From assembly GCA_034089285.1 (NCBI GenBank), contig JAXDUM010000076.1, forward strand, positions 27,996 to 91,995: 64,000 bases of DNA, given 5' to 3'. The notes under the pieces are model-generated. The model was not told where the DNA came from, did not search any database, and was given only the letters and a program-made list of their open reading frames with translations. Positions 30,707 to 40,005 of this stretch are shown piece after piece. A program made the position numbers and the translations under genes. The stretch's first letter is position 1. The number at the start of each line of letters is the position of its first letter. This DNA comes from Candidatus Cryptobacteroides sp. (GTDB lineage Bacteria > Bacteroidota > Bacteroidia > Bacteroidales > UBA932).

Positions 30707-31702
30707 TTACAGGCCGGAAACGTCGCGGAGAAAATCGAAGACCTTGTCCTGAGGGGCATCCTTCAGGATGACATTCTTTGAGGAATCCAGAAGATAGAGA
30801 GAAGGGATGGCCCGGACACTGTAGAGCTGGTCTGTCCGGATGATATAGTTGTGGTCATAGCCGCTGATCCATCCGGAAGGATATCCGGCGGCATATTCCC
30901 GCCATTTGTCAAGTTCCTGGTCAATATAGACGTTCACCACGGCCAGACGTCCTGATGCCTGCATTGATTCAATGAATGGTTCCGAGACCAGCGCATCAGT
31001 GATTTCCTTGCAGGACTGGCATCCCGGATTGGAGAAGAAAAGCAATGTGTAATCAGCCTTGACCCCGTACAGAGTATGCCTGCGGCCGGCAAGGTCGGTG
31101 AATGAGAAATCCGCAGCCGGTGACCCGATACGGTTCAGGCGGCACATCGATGCATCGTACGAATATGCCGGCTTCATATCCTCCTTTACCGCAGGAGAAT
31201 GCGCAAGTCCCTCGACAAAAGGCAGATAGAACTCCTCGTTCCTTACAGGAGAATTCGGGTCATAGAAATATTTATGAGCAAGGAAAGTGATTGTCTCGAA
31301 GACATTGGAGGAGGTATCCCTGAGCTCAATGGCTTCTGCGCGGGAAAATAGCCTGGCCACGGAACTGATGGCTGTCCTGACATCGGTCTGCCAGAGAATG
31401 GCGGAATATGTGCCGAAGCTGTTTTCCACCTCCTGTCTCGTCACTCCGCTGACCAATGCGGAATCGCATCGGCCGGTGAACGAGGTATCGAGAAACCTGT
31501 CCCAGAAATGCTCTGCGGCATAGACTGACAGTTCGGCCGGATCAGTGATCATTCCCGGAACCTCCATTGCGGGGAACTTCCGGACCTGCACTGATGCCGG
31601 TGCGGAGCTGCCGCCTCCGCCACAGCCGGAAAGCATTGATCCGGCCAGCAGGGCGATAATGGGCAGAATCCTGATTGACAGATATTTACAATTCAGAATC
31701 AT
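30707..31702 (-). CDS. DUF5106/thioredoxin-like lipoprotein
   Basis: Lipobox LSGC; EHFWD and YDPNSPVRNEE motifs; C-terminal thioredoxin-like domain with CQSC and AIPSLYLLD. Confidence 0.8.
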   Translation of the reverse strand: MILNCKYLSIRILPIIALLAGSMLSGCGGGGSSAPASVQVRKFPAMEVPGMITDPAELSVYAAEHFWDRFLDTSFTGRCDSALVSGVTRQEVENSFGTYSAILWQTDVRTAISSVARLFSRAEAIELRDTSSNVFETITFLAHKYFYDPNSPVRNEEFYLPFVEGLAHSPAVKEDMKPAYSYDASMCRLNRIGSPAADFSFTDLAGRRHTLYGVKADYTLLFFSNPGCQSCKEITDALVSEPFIESMQASGRLAVVNVYIDQELDKWREYAAGYPSGWISGYDHNYIIRTDQLYSVRAIPSLYLLDSSKNVILKDAPQDKVFDFLRDVSGL

Positions 31703-33432
31703 TAATTGGCATTCTCTGCGATCTTGGCCTCGGAGATATTGATGATGAAGTCACCCATCTTCTCCAGCTCGGCAACGATATCCATATAGAAGACGCCCAC
31801 CTGGTAATTGTAATCAGGGTTCTCCTCGATATTGATGATATGCTCCTCGCGGAGGGTGTTGCGGTACTCGTTCAGGTTGTACTCGGCGTCATTGGAATTG
31901 GTGATGTCCTTGAGCGCATTGTAAGGAGTCTTCATGTTCTCTATCATTGCCTTGAAGGCTACATCAAGAAGGTCGCACATCCTGCCGAGACGCTTGAGCT
32001 GCTCCTCGTCGAAGGTCTTGCCGTGCTCGTTCCTGCGGGCAATCATCCTGCCGATGGCCTCGCCCGAGTCACCGAGGCTCTCCAGCTCGCCGATAATCTT
32101 GTACATTCCCTTGATGCGTCTTGAAGACACCTCGGAAATCTCTCCCTTCGAAACCTCGTTGAGATAGGCCGCGATTTCGTATTCGATACGGTCCGTGATG
32201 CCCTCATACTTGACAAGCTTTGCCCTGAGGTCCTCGAACTTTGAAGAATCCGTCTCGGAAAGAGCGGCCCTCGCATAGTTGAAGCCATTGTAGCAGATCT
32301 CGGAGAAGTGCACAATCTCCTGCTCCGCCTCGTCAAGGGAAAGCTCAGCCGTGGAGAGAGGACCACCCTGGATGAACTTGAGACGGAAGACTTCCTCCTC
32401 GCCCTTAGGCGTAGGCACGAGCATTGTCACAAGTTTCTCAATCTGAGGCACAACCCAGATGAGCATCATCGTGTTGGCGAGGTTGAATATGGTGTGGAGG
32501 GTGCAGACTCCGTAGAGAACGGAGGTCTTGAGAGCCGGGTCGGAATCAATCATTGTAAGATCCGCTACGGTAGGGTCGGCAAGGCCGAGGGAGGAGACAA
32601 CCTTTCCGATCAGCCAGAGGAACGGGTGGAATATTATCAGCACCCAGACAACTCCGAAAATATTGAAGACCGTATGCGCCCTGGCAGCCCTCTTGGCAGA
32701 GTAGTTGGCCACGGAAGCGGCGATGTTGGCGGTAATGGTGGTTCCGATGTTCTCACCGAGCACCATTGCGGCAGCCATGTCAAAGCCGATCCAGCCGTTG
32801 GACACGAAGACCATGGTCAATGCCATAGTGGCGCTGGAGGCCTGCAGGACAATGGTGAGTATGGTTCCGAGTGAAAGGAAAATGAGCACCGAGAGGAATC
32901 TGTACTGTGTCAGGTTCTGCACGAATGCCAATGTCTCAGGATGTTCGTCAAGATTCGGGACCGAAGCCTTGAGGGCCGCGAGACCGAGAATCAGGAGGCA
33001 GAAACCGATGATGCACTGTCCGATGCTGCGGGTACGGTTGTTCTTGTTGAGAGTGAATATGAATCCTAATGCAACCAGCGGAATGGCAAAGGTGGAGATA
33101 TCCACACTGAAGCCGAAAACAGCTATGAGCCAGGCGGTTATGGTGGTACCGATATTGGCTCCCATGATCACTCCGATAGCATTTCCGAGGGAGAGGAGAC
33201 CGGCATTGACCATACTTACCACCATGACGGTGGTTCCGCTCGAGGACTGGATGAGAGCCGTGATGATTATACCCGTGATGACTCTCTTGAGTCTTGTGGA
33301 TGTCATTGCGGCGAGGAATGACCTGAGCTTGTCGCCGGCTGCTTTCTGAAGACCTTCACTCATCAGTGTCATTCCGTACAGGAACATTGCCAGGGCACCG
33401 AAAAGGGTGAAGATCTGAAGTAGGATTTGCAT
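31702..33432 (-). CDS. Na/Pi cotransporter family protein with a PhoU-like C-terminus
   Basis: FLYGM..MSEGLQK, QSSS, GANIGTT and GENIGTT repeats; helical C-terminal region. Confidence 0.93.
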   Translation of the reverse strand: MQILLQIFTLFGALAMFLYGMTLMSEGLQKAAGDKLRSFLAAMTSTRLKRVITGIIITALIQSSSGTTVMVVSMVNAGLLSLGNAIGVIMGANIGTTITAWLIAVFGFSVDISTFAIPLVALGFIFTLNKNNRTRSIGQCIIGFCLLILGLAALKASVPNLDEHPETLAFVQNLTQYRFLSVLIFLSLGTILTIVLQASSATMALTMVFVSNGWIGFDMAAAMVLGENIGTTITANIAASVANYSAKRAARAHTVFNIFGVVWVLIIFHPFLWLIGKVVSSLGLADPTVADLTMIDSDPALKTSVLYGVCTLHTIFNLANTMMLIWVVPQIEKLVTMLVPTPKGEEEVFRLKFIQGGPLSTAELSLDEAEQEIVHFSEICYNGFNYARAALSETDSSKFEDLRAKLVKYEGITDRIEYEIAAYLNEVSKGEISEVSSRRIKGMYKIIGELESLGDSGEAIGRMIARRNEHGKTFDEEQLKRLGRMCDLLDVAFKAMIENMKTPYNALKDITNSNDAEYNLNEYRNTLREEHIINIEENPDYNYQVGVFYMDIVAELEKMGDFIINISEAKIAENAN

Positions 33433-33529
33433 AAATAATAGTTTTACCGTATGTTTCCGGATGCAAAAATATAAAAAATAGTTAGATTTGCCGACGGTTG
33501 GGCAACAGATTTCTCAACTCCGGATAATA

Positions 33530-36500
33530 ATGACGAAAACAGCTTGTGATTTCAGCATAAAGGCGGCATTGACAATAATTTGCCTCACTCTGTCCATGAT
33601 GGCCGCAAAGGCCCAGTTCTACAGTCTCGGAGACGACCCGGGAAGACTCCGCTGGCGTACTTTCGAGACACCTCATTACCGGATTGTATACCCTCGCGGA
33701 TCAGATTCCCTCGCATTGGTTTACGGCAATGAGTTTGAAAAATATGTGCAGGCGGAGGCCATAAGTTCCGGCATGACCCTGAAGGACGGGAAAAAGAGGA
33801 AATTCCCCCTCCTGATCCACGTCTGGAACGGAATCTCCAATGCGGCCGTTACCTGGGCCCCGAAGCGTCTCGACATTTTCACCCTCCCTTCCGTCTATGA
33901 CCCGGAACCGATGCCGTGGACGACCAATCTGGCCATTCACGAGGGCAGGCACATCTCCCAGATGCAGCTCGGATACAAGGGCTGGCTGAAGCCGCTGACC
34001 TGGCTGCTCGGGGACATGGCGCCCGGAGCATATTCGGCATTGTGGCCGAGCACCTGGCTGCTTGAGGGAGATGCCGTCATAGCGGAGACAGCCCTCACAG
34101 GCTCAGGGCGCGGCCGTTCCTCAGACTTCCTGGAATATTACCGTACGGCATTCCCGGAGGGCATTTCAAGGGATTGGTACAGCTGGAGATACGGCTCCTA
34201 CAGGCATTATTCTCCGGATCATTACGCATTGGGATACATAACTGCCGGCGGTGTGAGATATTTCTACGACGACCCTCTGTTCACGGAAAGGTATTTTTCC
34301 AGAATCCAGAGGAATCCGTTCCGCTTCTTCAATACGCAAAAGACGGTCAAGGCCGCCTCAGGAATGAAGTTCAGAAAGACATTCAGATCCATTACGGATT
34401 CGCTCAGGACAATCTGGGAGGATGAGAGGCAGGCGCGTGGACCATTCATCCCGTCGGACAGGCTTTCGGACGAAACCAATTGGTATACAAAACTTTATGG
34501 CAATATCTATGCGGAGGGTCACATATATGCCGTATGCTCCGGAATCGCAGATGCGCCCATGCTTGTGAGAATCGACCCCGCCACCGGAGAAATGGAGAAA
34601 CTCCGTCCATTCGGAAGAGGGACGAGCAGGCTCTCCTGCTCCGACGGGAAACTCTGGTGGAGCGAGACCGCCCAGGATGAGAGGTGGACATTGCAGAATG
34701 ACTCCCACATAAGATATTACGACCTGGAGACCGGCAGAATGAGGTCCCTGACCAATGGAGCAAGGTATTACAATCCATCCCCTTCCCCGGACGGAGAATA
34801 TCTCGCCGCAGTGTCGGTTCCGAGGGAAGGCGGCACTGAAATCGTGCTGATCTCCACCGCTGACGGCAATGTCGCCAGAACCTTCAGAATCCCCGGACAT
34901 CTTCAGGCCACAGAGGTGTGCCAGGTGAGGAAAACATTGATATTCAGTGCAATATCCGATGAGGGATTCGGGTTTTACAGCATTGGGGAAGATGGTTCCC
35001 TGAACTGTATAACCAAACCTTCCCCTGTCAGCATACGCAATCTCAAGGCATATGGAGAATACCTCTATTTCGCATGCGACAGGACCGGAACCAATGAGTA
35101 TTACCGCCTTGACCCGGAAACGGGCAGAATCACAATGCTTACCTCCCTGGAAAACGGCGGTGCGGAGTTCTGCTTCGCCGGGGACAATCTCGTCTACACT
35201 GTCCCGAAGGTCGGGGACAAGATGCTTTACCACACGCCGGCCGACCTCCTTCTCAGCAGGCAAGTCAGCCTGAAAGACCGCCACGAATATGTCCTGGCGG
35301 AGGGACTCAGCCGGCAGGAACGCATTCTCTCGGAGCGCAAGGAAATCGCATGGCCGGAGGGAAATACTTATGCAGAGTTCTCTGAATCAAAACCTTACCG
35401 CAAGGCAGGACATATTCTGAGATTCCATTCCTGGGCTCCGGTATATTTTGACTACGACAATATCAGGTCACTCTCCGGATACCGGGTTTACGAATCAGTA
35501 TCGGCAGGTGCAATCGCATTGTTCCAGAACGACCTCGGAACGGCCAGCGGCTCGTTGGGCTACAGCTGGCACGACGATCCGTATTCCTATGTTTATGGTG
35601 AAAGGAAACGCAGGCATTCGGGGCATCTCCGTTTCAGTTATTCCGGGCTGTATCCGATATTTGAAATCGCCGCCGACATCAATGAAAGGTCGGCAATCCA
35701 GTATTCCAGGTACAGTATCGGGGAGGGAGGCTTATACAAGGACACATTCAGAGGGGTGCTGCTCGACAGACCTTATGCAGAAGGCCGTTTCAAGGTTTAC
35801 GTTCCGCTTGATTTCAGTTCAGGCGGATGGGTCAGGAAAGTTGTCCCGCAGGTTTCGTACACGGTCGGAAACGACCTGTTCAACAAGTCCTCGAGGAAAA
35901 TAACCTACGACGGCAACTTCAGCGGGATAGCCGGCATCGCTCATTTCACCGGTTACGAGAGGGGCGGCAATGTCTTCATGCAGAAACTCTCCGCCAGTCT
36001 CTCCGCCAGCCTGATGCGCGAAATGGCCTCCTCTGAGATATATCCGCAGTACGGAATCGGATTCCAGGCCGGATATTCACTCAGGACCGGAATGGAAAAG
36101 ATATTCACTCCGACCTGCTACGGACTTCTTTACGGCTATCTCCCGGGCATAACCAGGACTCAGGGACTGATGATTTCTGCATTGTACCAGCACCAGAAGG
36201 GAGCCGGCATTTTCAGGGAGAACCACGTGAATGTCTCCCCTCGCGGAATCACCGGTTCGGCCATCACCTCCTACCTTGAGTCAAATTCACGCAACCAATT
36301 GAAAATAAGCGCAGACTACGCCATCCCGATATGGGTTGGGGACATTTCCTGGTTCTCTCCCCTGTTCTACATCAAGAACTTCGAGCTTACTCCGCATTTC
36401 GACTTCCTCGCATTCTCCGAAGGAATGTCGCTTTCGGACGGCAATCTTTTCAGCGCAGGATTCAAGTTCACGGCGCATCTGGGCAATTTCCTCTGGCTCC

Positions 36501-36625
36501 CATACGACTGCCGCATCGGATTCTCCTACGACTACAACGGAGGCAATGCCGTGGATATGATGAAAAAAGGCGGCTGCCCTGTGGACAGCCACCATTTCGG
36601 ATTCGTTTTCGATATCAATCTCTGA
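33530..36625 (+). CDS. Large exported protein: HExxH peptidase-like N-domain, beta-propeller and probable C-terminal beta-barrel
   Basis: Signal peptide; ETPHYRIVYP, HEGRH...EGDA; TolB-like PSPDGEYLA repeats; aromatic alternating C-terminus (FGFVFDINL). Confidence 0.65.
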   Translation: MTKTACDFSIKAALTIICLTLSMMAAKAQFYSLGDDPGRLRWRTFETPHYRIVYPRGSDSLALVYGNEFEKYVQAEAISSGMTLKDGKKRKFPLLIHVWNGISNAAVTWAPKRLDIFTLPSVYDPEPMPWTTNLAIHEGRHISQMQLGYKGWLKPLTWLLGDMAPGAYSALWPSTWLLEGDAVIAETALTGSGRGRSSDFLEYYRTAFPEGISRDWYSWRYGSYRHYSPDHYALGYITAGGVRYFYDDPLFTERYFSRIQRNPFRFFNTQKTVKAASGMKFRKTFRSITDSLRTIWEDERQARGPFIPSDRLSDETNWYTKLYGNIYAEGHIYAVCSGIADAPMLVRIDPATGEMEKLRPFGRGTSRLSCSDGKLWWSETAQDERWTLQNDSHIRYYDLETGRMRSLTNGARYYNPSPSPDGEYLAAVSVPREGGTEIVLISTADGNVARTFRIPGHLQATEVCQVRKTLIFSAISDEGFGFYSIGEDGSLNCITKPSPVSIRNLKAYGEYLYFACDRTGTNEYYRLDPETGRITMLTSLENGGAEFCFAGDNLVYTVPKVGDKMLYHTPADLLLSRQVSLKDRHEYVLAEGLSRQERILSERKEIAWPEGNTYAEFSESKPYRKAGHILRFHSWAPVYFDYDNIRSLSGYRVYESVSAGAIALFQNDLGTASGSLGYSWHDDPYSYVYGERKRRHSGHLRFSYSGLYPIFEIAADINERSAIQYSRYSIGEGGLYKDTFRGVLLDRPYAEGRFKVYVPLDFSSGGWVRKVVPQVSYTVGNDLFNKSSRKITYDGNFSGIAGIAHFTGYERGGNVFMQKLSASLSASLMREMASSEIYPQYGIGFQAGYSLRTGMEKIFTPTCYGLLYGYLPGITRTQGLMISALYQHQKGAGIFRENHVNVSPRGITGSAITSYLESNSRNQLKISADYAIPIWVGDISWFSPLFYIKNFELTPHFDFLAFSEGMSLSDGNLFSAGFKFTAHLGNFLWLPYDCRIGFSYDYNGGNAVDMMKKGGCPVDSHHFGFVFDINL

Positions 36626-36627
36626 TA

Positions 36628-37869
36628 CTAGCCCAATGCCGGCTTGATGATGCCGAAAATGATGTAGGCTATCACGAGAGTTACGAAAATGTTGAATGTC
36701 TGTGCGGTGAGGAACACCTTGAGAGGAACTCTGTTCTCCTTGCCGAAGATATCCTTCAGCCTGGTCTCGAGACCTATGCATACGAACGCGATGCTGAAGA
36801 GAGTGTTCTGGAAGCCCTTTGTCACCTTGCCTACGGTCTTGGCTGTCTCCGGTTCGAGAAGGAAGCTGAAGACGAGGGAAGCTATGATCATTCCGAGGAC
36901 GAACTTAGGGAATCTCTCCCAGATGAGGCCTGCTGTCGGGCGGGAATTGGCGTTGGTTCCGCGATATGCCCACATCATTGAAATGAAGAAGGCGGCGAGG
37001 CCGAGAAGCACGTTCTGGGATGATTTCACGATGATTGCGGTCTGTCCCGCTGCCGGGTCGCTGATGAGGGTTCCGGCGGCAGCTACCGCACCGGTAGTGT
37101 CGATTGTGCCTCCGATCCATGCTCCGGCAACCTCAGGAGGGAGGTTCATGAGTTCTGCGAGCCAAGGCAGCAGGTACATCATCGGAATGGCAATTATGAG
37201 CACGAGGGAAACCACGTAGGTAAGTTTCTTGTCGTCGCCCTTGATGACTCCGCAGGTGGCGATTGCAGCCGATACTCCGCAGATGGAAACGGCGCTGGAA
37301 AGCATTGTACCCATCTCAGGGTCAACATTCATCTTCTTTCCTACCCAGAAGCAGAAATACCATACGGTGAACACTACAATGAGAGACTGGGCAAGTCCGA
37401 AAGCGCCGGATTTCATCATTTCTCCGAAGAGGATGGTGGAACCGAGGCAGATGATGCCCACCTTGATGTAGAACTCGCTGTTGACGGCTGTCTTGAGCCA
37501 GGACGGGAGCTTGAAGCAGTTGTTGAGAATGAGGCCGTAGATGACGGCGAAGAACACTGATTCGAGTCCCCATGTCTTTATGATAGGAATATTCGCTGTC
37601 ACCTGGGCCAGCAGAGTGATGGCGAAGATGAAGAGCAGTGATACGAATGTTCCCTTAAGAGGCTTTCTGAGGGCTGCAAGTGTCACATATGTGAGAAGCA
37701 GCACAAAGCCGAACATGTAAATGGCGCTGAGCCAGTCCGCTCCAGAGGCCAGTGTCTTTGGCATCTTAGGCATGGATGCGGGAAAAATGCACGCGAGCGC
37801 CAGAACGGCCGCTCCTACGAAGACGATGATCCAGTCTTCGGTCGTGAATTGTTTAAGCCAAGATTTCAT
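36628..37869 (-). CDS. YeiH/putative sulfate exporter family membrane protein
   Basis: SICGVSAAIA, GAWIGGTIDTTGAV and FPKFVLG motifs; many TMs; start placed at MKSWLK. Confidence 0.88.
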   Translation of the reverse strand: MKSWLKQFTTEDWIIVFVGAAVLALACIFPASMPKMPKTLASGADWLSAIYMFGFVLLLTYVTLAALRKPLKGTFVSLLFIFAITLLAQVTANIPIIKTWGLESVFFAVIYGLILNNCFKLPSWLKTAVNSEFYIKVGIICLGSTILFGEMMKSGAFGLAQSLIVVFTVWYFCFWVGKKMNVDPEMGTMLSSAVSICGVSAAIATCGVIKGDDKKLTYVVSLVLIIAIPMMYLLPWLAELMNLPPEVAGAWIGGTIDTTGAVAAAGTLISDPAAGQTAIIVKSSQNVLLGLAAFFISMMWAYRGTNANSRPTAGLIWERFPKFVLGMIIASLVFSFLLEPETAKTVGKVTKGFQNTLFSIAFVCIGLETRLKDIFGKENRVPLKVFLTAQTFNIFVTLVIAYIIFGIIKPALG

Positions 37870-38030
37870 TGAGTTTTGGTTTGGTTTTAAAGTTTGCAGG
37901 TCACGGCATTCGCCGAAAATCGTCCAAATATAGCATATTATTTCCAATATAGACAAATTTCTGGCCTTAAATGCTGAAAATGGAGCCGAAAATGGTATTT
38001 TTGTAAGCCAAAATAAAAATATAAAAAAAT

Positions 38031-38708
38031 ATGAAGACCTCAGCAAAATGCACAGCCTGCGGCAATGCGGAAAATATTGACGTTTTCCAGACGATAAATG
38101 TCAGGGAGAATCCTGAACTGAAGGGAAAAGTCAAGGACGGTTCGCTGTTTCTGTGGCAATGTCCCCATTGCGGCCAGGTCAATCTCGCAGTCTTCCAGAC
38201 CCTGTACCACGACCCGGATGAGAGGCTTATGATTCTTTTGTTGCCGGAGGGATCAATTTCCGAAGCGGACAGGAAAATGATTGAGAAGAAGATGGAATCG
38301 ATAGCGGGCCAGCTCGTTACGGAAGGAGCCGATATGGAAGGTTATGTGCTCAGGATGGTCTCTGACGTGGGCTCTCTCATTGAGAAGGTCAATATCCACG
38401 ACGCCGGCCTGGACGATGTGGTAATGGAAATGAGCAAGTACATAACCAGGATGGAAATCGCCGGAAAGCTTTCTGACAAGGAAAAGGCCGAAGCGGTAAT
38501 GAAGGCCCCTTTCAAATTCTACAAGATGAACGGCCCGGACAATGACATCACTCTCTCCTACCCTCTCGACGGACAGATTCAGGGAGTCGTCATAGGCTTC
38601 AATGTCTATGAGGACTGCCGCGGAATCCTACAGCGCAATCCATCCCTCCGCCCCGGAAAGGGTTTCGCCAAGGTGGACGCCGAGTGGCTCGCTGCCAGGA
38701 TGCGATAA
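38031..38708 (+). CDS. CpXC-domain (zinc ribbon) protein
   Basis: CTAC...INV.ENPELK..V.DGSLF...CPHCG...LYHDP pattern of CpXC proteins. Confidence 0.8.
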   Translation: MKTSAKCTACGNAENIDVFQTINVRENPELKGKVKDGSLFLWQCPHCGQVNLAVFQTLYHDPDERLMILLLPEGSISEADRKMIEKKMESIAGQLVTEGADMEGYVLRMVSDVGSLIEKVNIHDAGLDDVVMEMSKYITRMEIAGKLSDKEKAEAVMKAPFKFYKMNGPDNDITLSYPLDGQIQGVVIGFNVYEDCRGILQRNPSLRPGKGFAKVDAEWLAARMR

Positions 38709-38744
38709 AAAAGGGTGACCTTTGAGTCATCCTCTTCTTGTTTT
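38707..38744. terminator. Probable bidirectional terminator after the CpXC gene
   Basis: A-run, AGGGTGAC-CTTTGA-GTCATCCT, then a pyrimidine/T-rich tail. Confidence 0.6.
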
Positions 38745-38750
38745 CTGGCA

Positions 38751-38759
38751 CCTTGGCAG
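38751..38759 (+). repeat. Left 9-bp direct repeat (CCTTGGCAG)
   Basis: Identical to 40006-40014. Confidence 0.7.
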
Positions 38760-40005
38760 GCTAAAGGGTAAAACCCTATGTCTAGGCATAGATGTTCTTT
38801 AGGCAGAAGAGGAAGCACTTCGAATCTCGTATACCTCCTCCCCGGCCTGTCCGAAAAGTTGGAATTTCAAAGTATAATCTGTCACCTGCAAGGCTTTGTA
38901 AGGGGTGGAACCGGCTTATGAGGCACTTTTCGTGGGAGATCCCCGCCCGGAAGCCGTCACAAAGCGGGCTGAGCGAGCCGACGGCGGAGTTTGCTCAGCC
39001 TGCTTTGAGCAGCCGGAGGGCGTATATTCCGGCTGCGTTGACGCCAGACAGGCCAAGTATACATTTTCTTATTCAGTAACTAACCGTCCGTGATATCAGG
39101 TTTCAGCGTGGAAGGTTCTGCCTTGGATGATGGACCTTCCGAGATATCTGTCCTCAGCGTGGAAAGTCCCGCTCTAGTCAACGATGAAATATGTTGCCTT
39201 GCTGGAAACGTCTCCAAGATGCGCCGTTTACCAGCTTCGTGCAAATCACCGGGCAGTCGATACCACACTACAGATATGTGTGGCAATACCCCTGCTGCCC
39301 GGTGCCGTCAATTTCAAGGCACCTGGCCGTGCCACCCTATCCACAAGTATCTGTAGAGGCACCACCCCTGCCCGGTGATTTGCACAAAGTGATTACGATA
39401 CTATCCACGATGTCTGCATTCGACGTGGAAGATCTTGGATGCTGAACCTTGGTCGTCATCGCATCGGTTTTTAACCCGTATAGAGGAGACAGTTGCTGAA
39501 TATCGTTCTCGTGACATTCATCTGCACACCCACCCTATCGTTCTACGCAGCTGTGAGGCAGGTAGGCTGTGCAGATGGACACAATTCCTTTCCATTGGGA
39601 CACCCCGGATGCCCTACAATGCCCTAGAATGGCATGTCTCTGTCCAGATGAATGTCACGAGGGCTGGCTTTGCAGCAAGTTACTTTGTTTCATATACTTA
39701 TTGGCAACCGGTTCCGCAGCGTATCATTTCAGCCAACGTCGATCGCGGCATCGCCGCCGGAATAAATGCCCTCCGGCGGCTAAAGGTCAAGCGCTGCGGG
39801 GAGCTAGCCTCAAGGCTCTCCTCGCACTTGACTTTTGCCTATTTATGCGTGGCCATTCGTGGAAATCATTAATCAGGTGCATATCAGCGGAACTGCTAGT
39901 GTATTCCATCCAGGCGGGAATTTCAGCGTGGTAGTTCGTGCAAACCTGGCAGTCAATATGCCACTACGGATACGTGAAGAAGTACACAGGGTTTCCCCCT
40001 GACCC
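38760..40005 (+). mobile_element. Highly structured ~1.25-kb insertion with no credible ORF (candidate non-autonomous element or large ncRNA)
   Basis: Flanked by direct repeat CCTTGGCAG (38751-38759, 40006-40014); imperfect terminal inverted repeats (15/22 in register); several 17-20 bp stems; no credible protein. Confidence 0.6.

Noticed and set aside
39095-39160. Possible minus-strand hammerhead core (CTGAGGA ... GAAA)
   Set aside because: The stem II closure and the GAAA register do not fit together, and I could not build stems I and III; it cannot be supported without a covariance search.
38792-39934. Short ORFs (62-145 aa) inside the structured element
   Set aside because: They overlap in several frames, show no recognisable motifs or signal peptides, and have no transposase, RT or recombinase signature; they look like chance ORFs.
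38760-40005. Group II or group I intron identity for the element
   Set aside because: I found no GTGCG 5' boundary, no domain V (AGC/CGC triad hairpin) on either strand and no recognisable group I core. It also does not interrupt a gene.
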